The translations under genes and the position numbers were made by a program. This document shows, in pieces, positions 29,922-39,600 of a DNA stretch of 64,000 nt. Numbering within the stretch: position 1 is the stretch's first letter; every line of letters starts with the position of its first letter. The notes under the pieces are model-generated. The model saw nothing but the letters and a program-made list of their open reading frames with translations, was not told the origin of the DNA and did no database searches. The stretch lies in NCBI GenBank assembly GCA_963664405.1, contig OY761158.1:1728001-1792000 (forward strand). The letters are read 5' to 3'. This DNA is from Thermoanaerobaculia bacterium. GTDB lineage: Bacteria; Acidobacteriota; Thermoanaerobaculia; Multivoradales; Multivoraceae.

Positions 29922-30302
29922 GAACAGACGCAGAAGTGCTTTACTGCGATCAGGAGTCTTTGCAGCGCGCCTGGATCCGCAGCAGCAGACAATCCGCGTG
30001 GCTGGGCTCCAGTTGGTGGGCCGTCTGGAGCTCGCAGGTGTTGGTGTGGATCTTGCGCCCGGACCCCCGCAGCTCCGTGCGAAGCTCTGGACCTCGACTG
30101 AGGGCGACAAGTGGTTCAAGCTCGCGTTCGAGAACTTCTTCCGCGGGAGAGCTCGGGCAGGACGCCACTTCGCGCCCGCCATTGCCCTTGGCGATCTCCG
30201 CCTAGAAAGCGGCCGAGCGCGAGTCGATCTATCGGCTCGAGATCCTCGAGGCCGGACACAGCGCTCCGCCATCGGCCCGATCGGCGGTAGACTTCCCTGA
30301 TC

Positions 30303-31097
30303 TTGAGCTCTGTTCTCCGCTTCCTGGGCAGGTCGGTACACAACGCGCTCGAAGACGCCGGCGCGATGTGGCGACTGGGGTCTGCGGCACTGTCCTGCTG
30401 CCTTCTCGGCCCTCTGCGAGGCGAGAGATTTCGCCTCCAGGCGACTATGGACCAGTCGGTCCGGGCCGGTTACAGCTCGTTGCCCCTGGTCGCGCTGATC
30501 TGCTTTCTCGTCGGCATGATCATGGTTCTGCAGTCCGCCTATCAGCTGCAAGAGCTCGGAGCCCTCGATATGGTCGCCAGCCTCGTCGGCATCTCGGTGA
30601 CGCGCGAACTGGCTCCCCTGCTGACGGCGGTCATCGTTTCCGGGCGAGTCGGTTCCGCTATCGCCGCCGAGCTCGGAACGATGCAGGTCTCCCAGGAGGT
30701 CGACGCCATGAAAGTGATGGGGATCGACCCCGTCTCGTTCTTGGTCGTGCCGCGACTGATCGCACTACTGATCGCGCTGCCGTGCCTGACCGTCTTCGGC
30801 GACGTGATCGGTATTTTGGGTGGGCAGTTCGTCGCAGTGACCGTACTCGAGATGTCCGCGAGCCACTACAGCGCCCTGACCCTCGACGCTCTCGTACTCG
30901 AGGACATCTACACCGGCCTGGTGAAGGCAGTGGCCTTTGCCGTTATCATCGGGCTGGTCGGATGCCACCAGGGTCTGTCGACCTTCGGGGGAGCCGACGA
31001 GGTCGGGCGCTCCACAACCGCCGCGGTTGTGCGATCGATCGTTCTGGTCATCGCCGCCGACCTTCTGGTCACAGCCCTCTTCTTCTTTCGCGGATAG
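30303..31097 (+). CDS. mlaE: MlaE-family ABC permease
   Basis: RELAPLLTA..SGRVGSAIAAELGTM...E.DA..MG.DP..LVVPR; VGRSTT. Confidence 0.93.
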   Translation: MSSVLRFLGRSVHNALEDAGAMWRLGSAALSCCLLGPLRGERFRLQATMDQSVRAGYSSLPLVALICFLVGMIMVLQSAYQLQELGALDMVASLVGISVTRELAPLLTAVIVSGRVGSAIAAELGTMQVSQEVDAMKVMGIDPVSFLVVPRLIALLIALPCLTVFGDVIGILGGQFVAVTVLEMSASHYSALTLDALVLEDIYTGLVKAVAFAVIIGLVGCHQGLSTFGGADEVGRSTTAAVVRSIVLVIAADLLVTALFFFRG

Positions 31098-31101
31098 AAG
31101 C

Positions 31102-31899
31102 ATGGACGTCGAAAAAACGATCCTCGAAGTCAAGTCACTACGCAAGACTCTGGGAGGGCGCTGCGTTCTCGATGGCCTCGACCTAACGGTTCGCTGCGGC
31201 GAGACCCTGGTCATCCTTGGCGGCAGCGGCAGCGGCAAAAGCACTCTGCTACGCATTCTGGTCGGTTTAGAGCCACCCGACGAGGGCTCCGTTCACATCT
31301 GGGGAACCGACATGTATCGGGCCGACAGGAGGGAGCTGGCCCAGATCCGCCGTCGCATCGGCATGTCGTTCCAGGGCAGTGCTCTGTTCGGATCCATGAC
31401 CGTCGCAGAGAACATCGAGCTACCGCTGGCGGAGCTCACAGAAGTGCCGCGAAAGACACGCCGCATCATCGCGCGCATCAAGCTCGGTATGGTGGGACTG
31501 GAAGATTCTATGGATCGGCTACCTTCGGAGCTCAGCGGCGGCATGAAGAAGCGTGCGGCGTTGGCGCGAGCCCTCGCCCTCGACCCCGAGCTGGTGTTCT
31601 TCGACGAGCCCTCGGCCGGCCTCGACCCGGTGACGGCGGCGGGGCTCGATGACCTCCTGATAAAACTCAGAAAGGCCTTCGACATGACGCTGGTCGTGGT
31701 GACCCACGAGCTCGACAGTGCCTTTCTCATCGCCGACCGGCTAGCGCTGATGCACGAGGGCCGTTTTCTGATCGTCGACACCCCGGAAGTGGTGCGTCAA
31801 TGCCAGAACCCGATCGTGCGGCGATTTCTGGATCGCCAGCCGCCCGAACAGGTTGACAACAGTGACAAGTTCCGCGAGTTTCTCAAGGAGCTGAATTGA
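31102..31899 (+). CDS. mlaF: MlaF-family ABC ATPase
   Basis: GGSGSGKS Walker A, LSGGMKKR, FFDEPSAGLDP, VTH. Confidence 0.92.
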   Translation: MDVEKTILEVKSLRKTLGGRCVLDGLDLTVRCGETLVILGGSGSGKSTLLRILVGLEPPDEGSVHIWGTDMYRADRRELAQIRRRIGMSFQGSALFGSMTVAENIELPLAELTEVPRKTRRIIARIKLGMVGLEDSMDRLPSELSGGMKKRAALARALALDPELVFFDEPSAGLDPVTAAGLDDLLIKLRKAFDMTLVVVTHELDSAFLIADRLALMHEGRFLIVDTPEVVRQCQNPIVRRFLDRQPPEQVDNSDKFREFLKELN

Positions 31900-32891
31900 C
31901 AGTCGGTCGCAATCACGCAAGCGATGCCAAGGTCGGCGCCTTCGTCGTCGTCGCGCTCGCCCTCTTGATCGCCGGCTCGCTGTGGATCGTCGGCTCCAAC
32001 CGCCTGGCTGGCCCGCAAGTCTCGTTCACGGTTGTGCTCAGAGACTCGGCCGGAATCACCGTCGGGGACCGGGTTCGGCTGGCGGGCGTCAATGTAGGGA
32101 GAATTCGGGATATCGAGCTGCACCCAGAAGAGGCTTGGCCGGTAGTCATGAAATTTTCGGTAGATAAGGAGTATCCGCTGCGAAAGGACGCGAGCGCCAC
32201 GATCGCGACCTCGGGGCTGATGGGCGCGAGCTTCCTGCAGATCCTCCCGGGCTCTCCAGATGCCCCTCCGTTGGAGCCGGGAGGAACGATCCGAGCTCAG
32301 CCCAGCTACGGACTCGAAGGCACGTTGGCGCAGGTCGAGGAGATCTCGACCAAGCTCTCGCAGATTCTCGACCAGACCTCTCGCTTGATCGATCAAGTAG
32401 CGACCGATATCGGCCCGGTGCTCACTCAGCTCGGAGAGCTCCTCTCCACCGACAATGTCGATCAGATCAGCGCCATCCTGCTCCGCGTTCGCACCACTGT
32501 CGATGAGGTGTCACCACGCATAGAGCCACTCCTGGCGCGGATCGAGTCACTCACTCTCACTGTCGAAGGCGGTGTGGAGAGTCTGCCGGAGCTGAGTAAA
32601 AGAGTCGCCGACCTGGTCGCAGACCTGGAGAGCGCTCTCGGCCCCGACGGGGAGCGGCTGAAAGATCTGCTCGAAGGAGCTCAGACAACACTTGGCTCAG
32701 CCGACGAGTCGCTGTCGGTAATTCGAGACAATCGTGCCGGTATCGAGCGAACGATGCGCGGTCTGGAGGAGACAGTGGCCAACCTCAGAGCCTTCTCGGA
32801 ACAGATCAAGCAACAGCCCTCGAGCCTCATCCGCAGCTCGTCGCCGCGGGAGCGCCGTCCTGGAGACGCGGCCGGGGAGCGTGGCCGATGA
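31896..32891 (+). CDS. MCE/MlaD-family protein with helical extension
   Basis: N-terminal TM, G..VRLAGVNVGRI, GLMG..FLQI.PG. Confidence 0.9.
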   Translation: MTVGRNHASDAKVGAFVVVALALLIAGSLWIVGSNRLAGPQVSFTVVLRDSAGITVGDRVRLAGVNVGRIRDIELHPEEAWPVVMKFSVDKEYPLRKDASATIATSGLMGASFLQILPGSPDAPPLEPGGTIRAQPSYGLEGTLAQVEEISTKLSQILDQTSRLIDQVATDIGPVLTQLGELLSTDNVDQISAILLRVRTTVDEVSPRIEPLLARIESLTLTVEGGVESLPELSKRVADLVADLESALGPDGERLKDLLEGAQTTLGSADESLSVIRDNRAGIERTMRGLEETVANLRAFSEQIKQQPSSLIRSSSPRERRPGDAAGERGR

Positions 32892-33517
32892 GCCTGCGCT
32901 CGGCTCTAGCCCAGGCAGCGGCCGTTCTCCTCCTTGTCGCCGGTTGCGCCAAGCGGCCGCCTACGCACTTCTACATTCTGGAGCTGAGGGCTGCAGCAGC
33001 CGAAAGCCAGGACCGCAGCGCGGCGGCAGCTGCACCGGGCTTGGATATCGGAGTTCGAATTTTCCAAGTGGAGCCGCCCTATGACGAAGACAACATCGTC
33101 TATCGGATCGGCGAAAGTTCTCTCGAGATCGGCTTCTACACCTATCACCGCTGGGCTGCGCCGCTCTCGAGGATGCTGCCTGGAGTGATTGCAGACGGAC
33201 TGGCCGGCGCCGAGGGAGTGCGCACCATCGAGCCCGTCCTAGCGGGCCGAGAGTACTCAGCGTATCTCGAAGGCCGCCTGCGAAGCCTCGAGGAGATCGA
33301 CCAGCCCAGCCAGCAACTCGTGCGCATCGTCGCCGACCTACGATTGGTCACCGCCGATGGTAGCGAGATCTGGTCGCACGCGCTGCAGGCAGAAGGCACG
33401 ACCCAGACCGACGAAGTGGCCGCCATCGTCCAGAAGATGAACTCGGTCCTCAGCGAGTCGATCGCCTTGGCGCGACCGAAGTTGGTCGAGGCCCTCGCCC
33501 AGACCCAGCTGCACTGA
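32888..33517 (+). CDS. ABC-type transport auxiliary lipoprotein (PqiC-like)
   Basis: Lipobox VAGC, HFYIL, IVYR, RWAAP; last gene of the MCE operon. Confidence 0.82.
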   Translation: MSLRSALAQAAAVLLLVAGCAKRPPTHFYILELRAAAAESQDRSAAAAAPGLDIGVRIFQVEPPYDEDNIVYRIGESSLEIGFYTYHRWAAPLSRMLPGVIADGLAGAEGVRTIEPVLAGREYSAYLEGRLRSLEEIDQPSQQLVRIVADLRLVTADGSEIWSHALQAEGTTQTDEVAAIVQKMNSVLSESIALARPKLVEALAQTQLH

Positions 33518-33569
33518 GACGCTTCTCAATACGCCGGTACGACGCCGAGAGAGACGGCCCTCCGGCACG

Positions 33570-34721
33570 ATGGCATGGGGTACGACTCGCCGACACGCTC
33601 GGCGCAGTCGGTCACGACCGGCCGTCATGCGATCAGCCAAGATCAAGGCCCTGTCTACGATGCCGTCTGCGACTACGCAGCATCGTAGCGAGGCTCGCGC
33701 CGGCGTCTCTGCAGACTCTCGATTGTTCGCGGCCTTCTCGCTGCTCAACGCAGTCGGCTACGATCGAGCGGACTCGCCAAGCTACCTCGGCGTGCGCCGG
33801 CGGATCAGGCTCGCCGTTGTGCCAACGAGAGCGCGCTGGCGCGAAGAGCTCAGAAGGCTGGGACTTCTGGAAGAGGTCTTTGCGGGCAGAGGCGCTGCGG
33901 TCATGGACCTCGCTTCGGTTGTCTCCGGGCCGGACGCCTTCGCCCTGCCTCACCCCCCACCAACCCTCTCTACTACCAGGCAGCAGGGATCCCTAGAGCG
34001 CCTCGCCCGGCTGCCGGCCGTCCTCTCCGAGTTCTGGATCGAGCAGAGGCTCGCGACTCTCTGGGCGGACCTCGAGCCCTCCTACGGGGCGCGCTGCAGG
34101 GATCTCGACAGGTACCTGCCAATGCTGGAGGATCTCGCGGGCCGGATCAGCCCTCTCCCGATCACACTGAAAGTCCTGCCCAACCTGCTCGACGTCGATA
34201 GCAGGGCCTACGGAGTCTCGACACGAGACAAGATGAGCATCATCGTCGGCGGCGAGACCGGCGAAGCCGATCTGGGACAGCTTCTCGCCAAGGAGCTCCT
34301 TCACCGATGGGCTGACGTCGCCGCGCAGGCAGCTATACAGGAGTGGACAGGCCTCGACCCAATGCCTCGATTGGGTGCAATCTACCCGGTGGTCGCCCAG
34401 GACTACCCGGAGGTCATGCTCTGGCTGGCGGAAACTGTCGCGAGGGCCGCGGTCTGTGTATTGTCGGAGACGAAGGGGCTCAGCCTGGTGCCTCGGCTCG
34501 ATGGGCAGGTCGCCCGAGTCAGAAACGCGGGCTTCGTCGGTGTTGCTGACATCTGCGAGCTTCTGGCCTCTCGCCCCCTGTGGACATGGACGGCAGTCTT
34601 CCCCGAAGCTGCGATGCGGGCTCTCGAGAGAACGCAAAAGATCGCTCAGGGGTCACCGAGCGGGCCCTCCGTGCACTCAGGCGTGGTCGCTGGTACCGGC
34701 GGCGACAGCGAGAGCCAGTGA
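33570..34721 (+). CDS. Hypothetical protein (start uncertain)
   Basis: 383-aa ORF; DSRLFAAFSLLNAVGYD; KELLH resembles a degenerate HExxH. Confidence 0.55.
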   Translation: MAWGTTRRHARRSRSRPAVMRSAKIKALSTMPSATTQHRSEARAGVSADSRLFAAFSLLNAVGYDRADSPSYLGVRRRIRLAVVPTRARWREELRRLGLLEEVFAGRGAAVMDLASVVSGPDAFALPHPPPTLSTTRQQGSLERLARLPAVLSEFWIEQRLATLWADLEPSYGARCRDLDRYLPMLEDLAGRISPLPITLKVLPNLLDVDSRAYGVSTRDKMSIIVGGETGEADLGQLLAKELLHRWADVAAQAAIQEWTGLDPMPRLGAIYPVVAQDYPEVMLWLAETVARAAVCVLSETKGLSLVPRLDGQVARVRNAGFVGVADICELLASRPLWTWTAVFPEAAMRALERTQKIAQGSPSGPSVHSGVVAGTGGDSESQ

Positions 34722-36110
34722 GGCAATCGCTGCGAAGCTGAGGTAGGCGAGGCGGGCGCCGGCAACGAAGGCCGACGCCGACGCCGCCGAGCCGCTCTCC
34801 TGGATTACCGATAGATCCGCATCCAGTCCGCGTCCGCTCATGACGGCAACGACGATGGAGGCAGCCATAGCGGTTGCGGCCACATTGGCCGTATTGCGGA
34901 CCAAGTTGACAAGAGCACCCGCAACACCGAAGGAGCTCTGCGAGATCGTCGCCATCGCCAGACTCATATTGGGCGCCACCCAGAGACCCATCCCGATGCC
35001 GTTCAGCAGCAGGGTCGGCATGATGACCCACAAACTCGACCCCTCATCGAGAGAAGCCAGTATGAGGACCGCAACGACCACAAGGCTGAGTCCTGGAACG
35101 GTGAACCGCCGCACTCCGAAGCGATCGGAGTAGCGGCCACTGATGGCCCCGAAAACGGCGAAGCCGAGTGCGGCCGGGAAAGTGATCAAGCCCACGCTCG
35201 ACGGCGCGAAGCCCTTGATGTCCTGGAGGTAGAAAGGCATGAGGAAGAAATAGCCCGAGTTCCCCAGGAACCCTAGAAAGCGGGCACTGACCGCCAACGA
35301 GAAACGACGATCGGAAAAGGCTGCCAGGTCGAGCATCGGCGCGCGAGCGGTACTTTCACGCACGAGGAAAGCCACCAGCGCGGCCACCCCGAGCGCGATG
35401 CCCACGAGAATCGGTTTCGATGCCCAACCAAGACTGTTGCCCGAGCTCAGCGCCAGGATCAGGAAAATCAGCGCGGCCGTAGACAGGAAGGCTCCGGCCC
35501 AGTCATAAGGACGAGAGTTGACTCCTCCGACGACTCCGGGCTCTGAGCGCCTCAGAACGGTTGCCGAGCGCCAGAGCGTGGCGAAGGAGCCGGCCGCGAC
35601 CAGAAGGAAGAAGGAACGCCAACCGAAGGCCTCGACCAGGCCCCCAGCGACCACTGGGCCGGTGATCGCGGCCATGCCAACGGTCGCGATAATGAGGCCC
35701 ATCCCTCTCCCTCTCTCCAAGGGTGGAAAGATCTCCGCGACCATCGCCGTGCCGTTCGCCAGCACCATGGCGGAGCCCACGGCAGCCACGACTCGTGCAA
35801 AGAGAAGCAGTCCAAGCCCCGGGGCAAGCCCTGCGCCGAGCGAGCCGACGGCAAAGACCGCCAATCCCGCAAGCAAGCTGGGCCTGCGCCCCCAGGCGTC
35901 GGAGAGGCTGCCCACGGGAAGAAGAGCGGCGCTGATTGTGAGCGCGCCGGAGAGAATAATCCAGGACGCGGCAGCAAGATCCAGATCGAGCTCGGAGGCG
36001 ATCGTCGGGGTCGCGATGCCGATGCCGGAGTAGTCGACTACTCCGAAGAAGATGCCGAGCGCAACTGAAAAGAAGGCCTTCCACTTGTAGGAGGCGTCGC
36101 CGACTGTCAA
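34677..36110 (-). CDS. MFS transporter, DHA2-like (14 TM)
   Basis: GSLSDAWGRR motif A, ERGRGMG, GWRSFF, PMLDL. Confidence 0.9.
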   Translation of the reverse strand: MTVGDASYKWKAFFSVALGIFFGVVDYSGIGIATPTIASELDLDLAAASWIILSGALTISAALLPVGSLSDAWGRRPSLLAGLAVFAVGSLGAGLAPGLGLLLFARVVAAVGSAMVLANGTAMVAEIFPPLERGRGMGLIIATVGMAAITGPVVAGGLVEAFGWRSFFLLVAAGSFATLWRSATVLRRSEPGVVGGVNSRPYDWAGAFLSTAALIFLILALSSGNSLGWASKPILVGIALGVAALVAFLVRESTARAPMLDLAAFSDRRFSLAVSARFLGFLGNSGYFFLMPFYLQDIKGFAPSSVGLITFPAALGFAVFGAISGRYSDRFGVRRFTVPGLSLVVVAVLILASLDEGSSLWVIMPTLLLNGIGMGLWVAPNMSLAMATISQSSFGVAGALVNLVRNTANVAATAMAASIVVAVMSGRGLDADLSVIQESGSAASASAFVAGARLAYLSFAAIASLALAVAAGTSDHA

Positions 36111-37627
36111 CTCTCCGCGACCGCCTCGTCGCTTCCCTGGACGTAGCGCCTACCCTGGTAGCGGGTCGCCGAGAACACGAATGCGATTGAGGTGATCACC
36201 ATCAGCACGGTGAAGAACCAGTAGTACGAAGCGCCTTCGAGCTTGGTGGATCCGTCGTCGTTCTGGATGAAGAAGTTCACACCGCTGGTGAAGAGATTAC
36301 CGAGCGAGACGCCGAGAAAGTAGATGCCCATGATGAACGACTTCATCGCCTTGGGCGCCTGGGTGTAGGCGAACTCGAGCGCGGTGATCGAGACCATTAC
36401 CTCCGCTGTCGTCAGCACGAGATAGGCAAGAAACTGCCAGCCGAGGTTCGGCATCTCTGCCATTGCCTCGCGCACCACCATGGCATCTAATCCGGCATCT
36501 CGCGCCGCCTGCACGGCCTCCGCGAGTCCGGCGCCACTCGCTCCACTCGAGACTCCCAGAGCACCCCACAATCTAGTTGCGGCGGCCGGCGCCAGCGCCT
36601 CGATTTGGGTCTCGATCCATGCCGAGATAGCGAAGGCGACACCGGTCAGAAACAAACCTACGCCGATTTTTCGTAGCGGCGTCACTTTGGTGAACTTGCC
36701 GACCAGAGGGTAGACGAGGTAGGTGAAAGTCGGGATCAGTACCAGAATCAAGAACGGATTGACCGCCTGCACCTGGGACTCGAGCCAGTAAACGCCGCCG
36801 AACTCGCGATCCATCCGCTCCGCCTGCAGCACCCAGGCGCTGCCGGTCTGATCGAAGATCGCCCAGAACATCGGAATGAAGATCAAGAAGATGGGAGCGA
36901 GGTTGGCAACGGCGCGGAGCCCGGCCGGGCTCAGTGTCTCTTCTTTGAAACGCGCCCAACCCGCTGCCGGCACGTGAATGAATTTGTGGCGGCCGAGCCA
37001 GAAGACAAAAGTGGCAAGCGCCATCAGCACACCGGGCAGGCCGAAGGCAGCCCAAGCACCGTAGCGCTGCAACAGCACAGGCGTCAAAAGATTGCTCGCC
37101 ATCGCGCCGACATTGATCGAGAAGTAGAACCAGCCGAAGATCTTGGACACCAGATGTTGGTTTTTGGTCCCGAACTGATCCCCGACATGAGCTGAGACAC
37201 ACGGTTTGATGCCTCCAGCCCCAATGGCAATGAAGAGCAGCCCGGCATACAGCCATGGCGCCATGTCGAAAGCCCCGGTGACCGGTCCCAGGTCCATGAC
37301 TGCGAGACATCCGTGACCGATGCAGTAGCCCAACGACAGAATCAGAATCGTCTTGTACTTGCCCCAGAAGATGTCGGAGATGAGCGACCCGATGATCGGA
37401 AAGAAGTAAGCCGCCGCGGTGAAGAGGTGGTACACGCTCTTCGCCTCTTCGTCGGACATCAACGCCGGCTCGCCGGCCGCGTTCAAGAGCTGCTGGGTCA
37501 TGAAGACGGTGAGGATGCCCTTCATGCCATAGAAGCTGAAGCGCTCGGCGGCCTCGTTGCCGATGATGTAGGGGATGCCTCCCGGGAGCTTCTCCGAGCT
37601 GGTCGGCTGGGTCTCGAAGTTCTTCAT
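36107..37627 (-). CDS. POT/PTR family proton-dependent peptide transporter
   Basis: EAAERFSFYG (ExxERFxxY), GGIKPCVSAHVGDQF, FYFSINVG. Confidence 0.93.
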   Translation of the reverse strand: MKNFETQPTSSEKLPGGIPYIIGNEAAERFSFYGMKGILTVFMTQQLLNAAGEPALMSDEEAKSVYHLFTAAAYFFPIIGSLISDIFWGKYKTILILSLGYCIGHGCLAVMDLGPVTGAFDMAPWLYAGLLFIAIGAGGIKPCVSAHVGDQFGTKNQHLVSKIFGWFYFSINVGAMASNLLTPVLLQRYGAWAAFGLPGVLMALATFVFWLGRHKFIHVPAAGWARFKEETLSPAGLRAVANLAPIFLIFIPMFWAIFDQTGSAWVLQAERMDREFGGVYWLESQVQAVNPFLILVLIPTFTYLVYPLVGKFTKVTPLRKIGVGLFLTGVAFAISAWIETQIEALAPAAATRLWGALGVSSGASGAGLAEAVQAARDAGLDAMVVREAMAEMPNLGWQFLAYLVLTTAEVMVSITALEFAYTQAPKAMKSFIMGIYFLGVSLGNLFTSGVNFFIQNDDGSTKLEGASYYWFFTVLMVITSIAFVFSATRYQGRRYVQGSDEAVAES

Positions 37628-37651
37628 CTACTGATCCTCTCGACGGCGCGG

Positions 37652-38848
37652 TCAACCTGGCCTCTCTTCCTCGATCGCCTCCGCCAGGCGCACGAAGTCC
37701 TCGACCTTGTTATACACCTGGACGCTGAGCCTCACCCACAGTCGGCCCGTTGCGGCGAACACGGGTACTTCGATCTGATACTTGGTGAGGAGCGCGTCAC
37801 GAAGTGCTTCAGCCTCAGCGTCGGTGGCGTCGAAACCGGCCGGCAAAGGCAGCGAGGTCATGAAGGCGCTCATCTCCTCTGGAGCGACCGGCAGCGTGCC
37901 CCAGCTCCGCGACAGCATCTCGACGCCGTGCCACAGCAGGTCGTGATTGTAGGCACGAAGATCCGCAAAGCCGAGATCCGCGAGGTAGGCGAGCCCGGCT
38001 GGGGCGCTGAGCCAGGCTGAAGGATCGCGAGTACCGGTCCAATCGAACTCCGCGGTGAAGCCCTCGTCGAGGCGCCACGAAACCACGAGTGGATGCAGAT
38101 CGGCTTGCCACCGAGGGTCGGCCCAGAGAATCCCGCAGCTGCGGGGGGCGAAGGCCCATTTGTGAAGATTCGCGACGTAGAAGTCGGCGCCTATCGCCGG
38201 GATGTCGAGAGGCACTTGGCCAGGCGCATGAGCTCCGTCGATGAGTACTTTCACGCCACGGGAGTGGCAGAGAGCGGTCAGCTCCCGCACCGGCAGTACG
38301 ACGCCCGACTCGGAGACGATGTGGTCGAGTACGGCCAGGCGCACTCCTGGCGACAAAGCCTGCTCGACGGCTGCCAGCACCTCCTCGGCTGAGCTCACGG
38401 GAGATGGGAGCGAAGCGACGGCGACCTCACTTCCAGCGCGGCGGCAGGCGTAGCGTACCGCCTGACGCACGCCGCCGTAGGTGGTCTCAGTGATGAGAAC
38501 CGCTCCTCCCTCGCCGAGGTCGAGCGAGCGGAGGATGGAGTTGACGCCGGCAGTGGCATTGTCGACAAAAACCAGATCCTCGCCCCGAGCGCCGACGAAA
38601 GCCGCCACCGATTCAGCAGCGGCACGCAGCTTCCCTCCACTTCCGGAGCCGAGCATGGGGGTGAGCTCACGAAGGAGAAACCTCGACGGTTGGACCTCGA
38701 TCTCACGTCGGATCTCGTACTGAGCTTCGAGCACAGCGCGCGGCGCGACCCCGACGGTGCCATGATTTAGATAGACGGCGTCGGGATCGAGATGCCATTC
38801 GGCCGAGATCGCACGACCAAAGGCATCGTTTTCAGGTGCCCTCGTCAA
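37652..38848 (-). CDS. PLP-dependent class V aminotransferase-fold enzyme (isopenicillin N epimerase / EgtE-like)
   Basis: YLNHGTVG, DGAHAPG, NLHKW, GTRD. Confidence 0.88.
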   Translation of the reverse strand: MTRAPENDAFGRAISAEWHLDPDAVYLNHGTVGVAPRAVLEAQYEIRREIEVQPSRFLLRELTPMLGSGSGGKLRAAAESVAAFVGARGEDLVFVDNATAGVNSILRSLDLGEGGAVLITETTYGGVRQAVRYACRRAGSEVAVASLPSPVSSAEEVLAAVEQALSPGVRLAVLDHIVSESGVVLPVRELTALCHSRGVKVLIDGAHAPGQVPLDIPAIGADFYVANLHKWAFAPRSCGILWADPRWQADLHPLVVSWRLDEGFTAEFDWTGTRDPSAWLSAPAGLAYLADLGFADLRAYNHDLLWHGVEMLSRSWGTLPVAPEEMSAFMTSLPLPAGFDATDAEAEALRDALLTKYQIEVPVFAATGRLWVRLSVQVYNKVEDFVRLAEAIEEERPG

Positions 38849-38874
38849 GGCAGCGGGAGCCTACCGCAGTTGCG

Positions 38875-39600
38875 TCAGCGGCGCCCCGTTACGACATACT
38901 GGTTGGGGAGCTCCGACTCCAACTGTGAGGTCTGCAGACCCCCTCCGTGCAGCTCCTCGGCGACGCGCTCGGCGGACAGCCGATGTCGGCGAGGGGGACC
39001 GACCGGGCTGTCTTCTTCGAAGTCGACGACATAAACCCTGCCGTCGGGCTTCAAGGCCCGGCGAAGCTTGGCCGAGTACGCACTGCGATCGCTAATGTGG
39101 TGCCAGGTGTCGACGACCAGAATGCGATCGATGCTCTCGGCGTCGAGCTGCGGGTCGTCGTAGGGCACCAGTCTGGGCTCGACCACACGAAGTCCCTCGT
39201 CTTCTACGCGCCGCTCCAGGTGCTTCACCATATTGGCCTCGACGTCGAGTGCGAGGACTTTCCCGTCGGCGCCGACAGCGGCTGCCAAATAGGGGGCGAA
39301 GAAACCCGTTCCAGCACCGATGTCGACCACCGTCATGCCGGGCTCGATCTCGAGAAGCGAGATGACGTGCTCGGGCTTCTGCCAAGCGCGGCGCTCGGGG
39401 CCTTCGAAGCGCGAGACGAATCGTTCGACGTCACTGAAGTCGTGCTGCATTCCCTGGGCCTGCTCCTGGTCGCTGTGGGCTCCCTGTCCGTGCGCCTCTT
39501 GGGTCCGTGGGTGCTGGGCCGAGAGCGCCAGGGAAGAGGCGACGATCGTGCTCGCCAAGAGTATCCTGGTAGCGAGGCCCATCGCCGGAGACCGGCTCAT
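38875..39600 (-). CDS. Exported class I SAM-dependent methyltransferase
   Basis: R.AWQKP, VDIGAGTG, LKPDG; signal peptide; ATGA overlap with upstream gene. Confidence 0.87.
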   Translation of the reverse strand: MSRSPAMGLATRILLASTIVASSLALSAQHPRTQEAHGQGAHSDQEQAQGMQHDFSDVERFVSRFEGPERRAWQKPEHVISLLEIEPGMTVVDIGAGTGFFAPYLAAAVGADGKVLALDVEANMVKHLERRVEDEGLRVVEPRLVPYDDPQLDAESIDRILVVDTWHHISDRSAYSAKLRRALKPDGRVYVVDFEEDSPVGPPRRHRLSAERVAEELHGGGLQTSQLESELPNQYVVTGRR

